DNA of 31,926 nucleotides, taken from positions 1 to 31,926 of the forward strand of contig JAHCRD010000001.1 of NCBI GenBank assembly GCA_020148085.1, given 5' to 3'. A program made the position numbers and the translations under genes. The notes beneath the pieces were generated by a model. It saw only the letters and a program-made list of their open reading frames with translations. It searched no databases and was not told where the DNA came from. This stretch comes from Patescibacteria group bacterium. GTDB lineage: Bacteria; Patescibacteriota; Minisyncoccia; Minisyncoccales; CG1-02-41-26. Below, piece after piece: positions 30,469-31,926 of the stretch (its first letter is position 1; every line of letters starts with the position of its first letter).

Positions 30469-30828
30469 TTAAAAACCGCCTAATTTCTTCAAATATCTAA
30501 TTTTTCTACGTATATCTTGTTTCTTTTTAAAACTTTTTGTTTTAAAGCTTTCTTTTCTTAGTTTGCTGAGACGGTATTTAAATTCTTCTCTGCTAATATG
30601 GGTTCCGTATCTTTTTCCAAATATCTCCTTCTCCAGTTTTTCTCGTTTCCTCCGATAAAATTTTTTACCTGAATCAGGAATCTCTGCTGGAGCCCTTCTC
30701 AATTCCTCTCTTAATTCCGGCCTAGTAACAGATCCTTTCTTCCCAAAAATATCTTTTTTTGGTTCTGGTTTTGGAGGTTCTGGAGCTTTGTGAGGAATTT
30801 TTGGTTGACTTTTAAAAGGTTTTGCCAT
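30469..30828 (-). CDS. Highly basic hypothetical protein
   Basis: 119 aa, about one third K+R, Pro-rich N-terminus; fills the ileS-recO gap. Confidence 0.7.
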   Translation of the reverse strand: MAKPFKSQPKIPHKAPEPPKPEPKKDIFGKKGSVTRPELREELRRAPAEIPDSGKKFYRRKREKLEKEIFGKRYGTHISREEFKYRLSKLRKESFKTKSFKKKQDIRRKIRYLKKLGGF

Positions 30829-30846
30829 ATTTTTTTATTCGCATGC

Positions 30847-31926
30847 TTATTTTTCGACCTTTTTAATTGCGAGTTGAAGTTCTTCGTTGTCGATTTTAAT
30901 CCTTTTCTTTGCTGCAAAAACCTCTTTTTCAGGTAAACCCTGTTTAAGGTCTTTAGCTTTTGTTTCTCTTAAAATAGAGGCTTTATTTTTGGCTAAAATT
31001 TTAATTAATTTTGGACTATCTGAATAGTAAATCAAAATTTTATCTTTTGGAGTCAACCCTGCTTTCTTTCTTAAATCTTGAATCTGGCGAATAATCTCTC
31101 TCACCTGCCCTTCTTCTCTCAATTCTGAAGTAATTTTTGTATCATATTCTGGTTTTTCTACCTTTGGACTAAAAGATATTTTTTCTACGGGTACATTAAT
31201 TTCGCCTGCGACAATACTTGACGTGTCAGTAATGTCTATCATTTCAAATGATTTCGGTTTTCTTAATGTTACTGCCCTCAACGGCTGACGCACTTTTATT
31301 CCAAGCTTTGCTCTTTCAGCTAATGCCTCGCTAATAATTCCCCGTCGCTCGGTCATCTCATCTTCTAATTTTTTATTAATTATTTTTTCATGTGCTTTTG
31401 GCCAATCTTCCAAGTGAACGCTTTCTTTTTTGGTTAGGTCTTGGTAAATTTTCTCTGATAAAAATGGGCAGAAGGGAGCAGTTAATTTGCTTAAATTCAA
31501 AAGAACGAATCCCAGAGTTGCTGATGCTTCATTCAATTCTCTTCCACTGGCTGGTTTTTGAAATCGCTTTCTTGACCTTCTAATGTACCATAAAGAAAGG
31601 TCTTCAATTACAAAATTTTCTATTTTTCTTGCGACACCTGTAATATCATATCTCTCTAATCCTTTGGTAACTTCCAAAATTAAGTTATTTAACCTTGAAA
31701 GGATCCACTTATCTAAGATATCTTCACTCCTGTCATGGTAGTCAAATTTCTTCGTCAAATAGGTCTGAAAAAACAGGTGAGAATTCCAAAAGGTCATGAT
31801 GAATTTTTTCAGAACACTTTGTAAATCTTTTTCAGAAAAAAGTTTTGGGTCGCCGGGCTGATTAACAGTATAAAAATACCAACGGAGAGCATCAGCTCCG
31901 TATTTTTTGGTGATTTCCCAGGGATC
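30847..31926 (-). CDS. ileS: Isoleucine--tRNA ligase (type 2), 5'-truncated by the window edge
   Basis: The frame is open to 31926 (DPWEITKKYGADALRWYFYTVNQPGDP...); 'LSLWYIRRSRKRF', 'APFCPFLSE', 'SVHLEDWP', IleRS2-type tail 'EG.VREIIRQIQDLRKKAGL'. Confidence 0.93.
   Translation of the reverse strand, partial: DPWEITKKYGADALRWYFYTVNQPGDPKLFSEKDLQSVLKKFIMTFWNSHLFFQTYLTKKFDYHDRSEDILDKWILSRLNNLILEVTKGLERYDITGVARKIENFVIEDLSLWYIRRSRKRFQKPASGRELNEASATLGFVLLNLSKLTAPFCPFLSEKIYQDLTKKESVHLEDWPKAHEKIINKKLEDEMTERRGIISEALAERAKLGIKVRQPLRAVTLRKPKSFEMIDITDTSSIVAGEINVPVEKISFSPKVEKPEYDTKITSELREEGQVREIIRQIQDLRKKAGLTPKDKILIYYSDSPKLIKILAKNKASILRETKAKDLKQGLPEKEVFAAKKRIKIDNEELQLAIKKVEK

Noticed and set aside
356-31583. 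Other 60-150-aa ORFs nested in or antisense to housekeeping genes
   Set aside because: Fully overlapped by well-supported conserved genes, with no domain signals. These are expected shadow ORFs.
31797-31926. ATG 31797 as the start of a 316-aa gene (and ATG 78 as the EamA start)
   Set aside because: Both frames stay open to the window edges and encode family-like sequence, so these are internal methionines.

Overview
AT-rich bacterial chromosomal window, most likely Patescibacteria/CPR (Parcubacteria-like). This is inferred from the shortened Mfd, alpha2-type GlyRS, type-2 IleRS, near-leaderless core genes without Shine-Dalgarno (SD) sites, and many anchor-plus-unknown-domain genes. The + strand block has an EamA transporter (partial), a GH-A glycoside hydrolase, mfd-dprA-topA-rel and tRNA-Leu(CAA). 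The long - strand block runs ileS (partial), a basic hypothetical, recO, an Ig-like membrane-anchored protein, glyQS, an M16 peptidase, an AI-2E transporter, rsmI, metG, tatD, leuS, a CapA-family gene, iorA, three inserted genes, iorB, a nucleotidyltransferase, tsaC, purN and PAP2. No transposase, integrase, CRISPR array or rRNA was seen. Two non-obvious structures stand out. (1) The iorA/iorB junction is a cassette-insertion hotspot: a diverged copy of the iorA 3' end plus the iorB 5' start is stranded between the inserted genes, and two of those genes share a ~90% identical 78-nt anchor-coding 5' end fused to unrelated bodies. (2) About ten short repeat or palindrome elements of three architectures sit in-frame inside housekeeping genes (topA, PAP2, iorA, leuS x2, tatD x3, rsmI, recO). 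Two small accessory modules with their own SD sites and terminators contain ORFs missing from the ORF track, including a frameshifted SH3/Tudor-like mini-gene.
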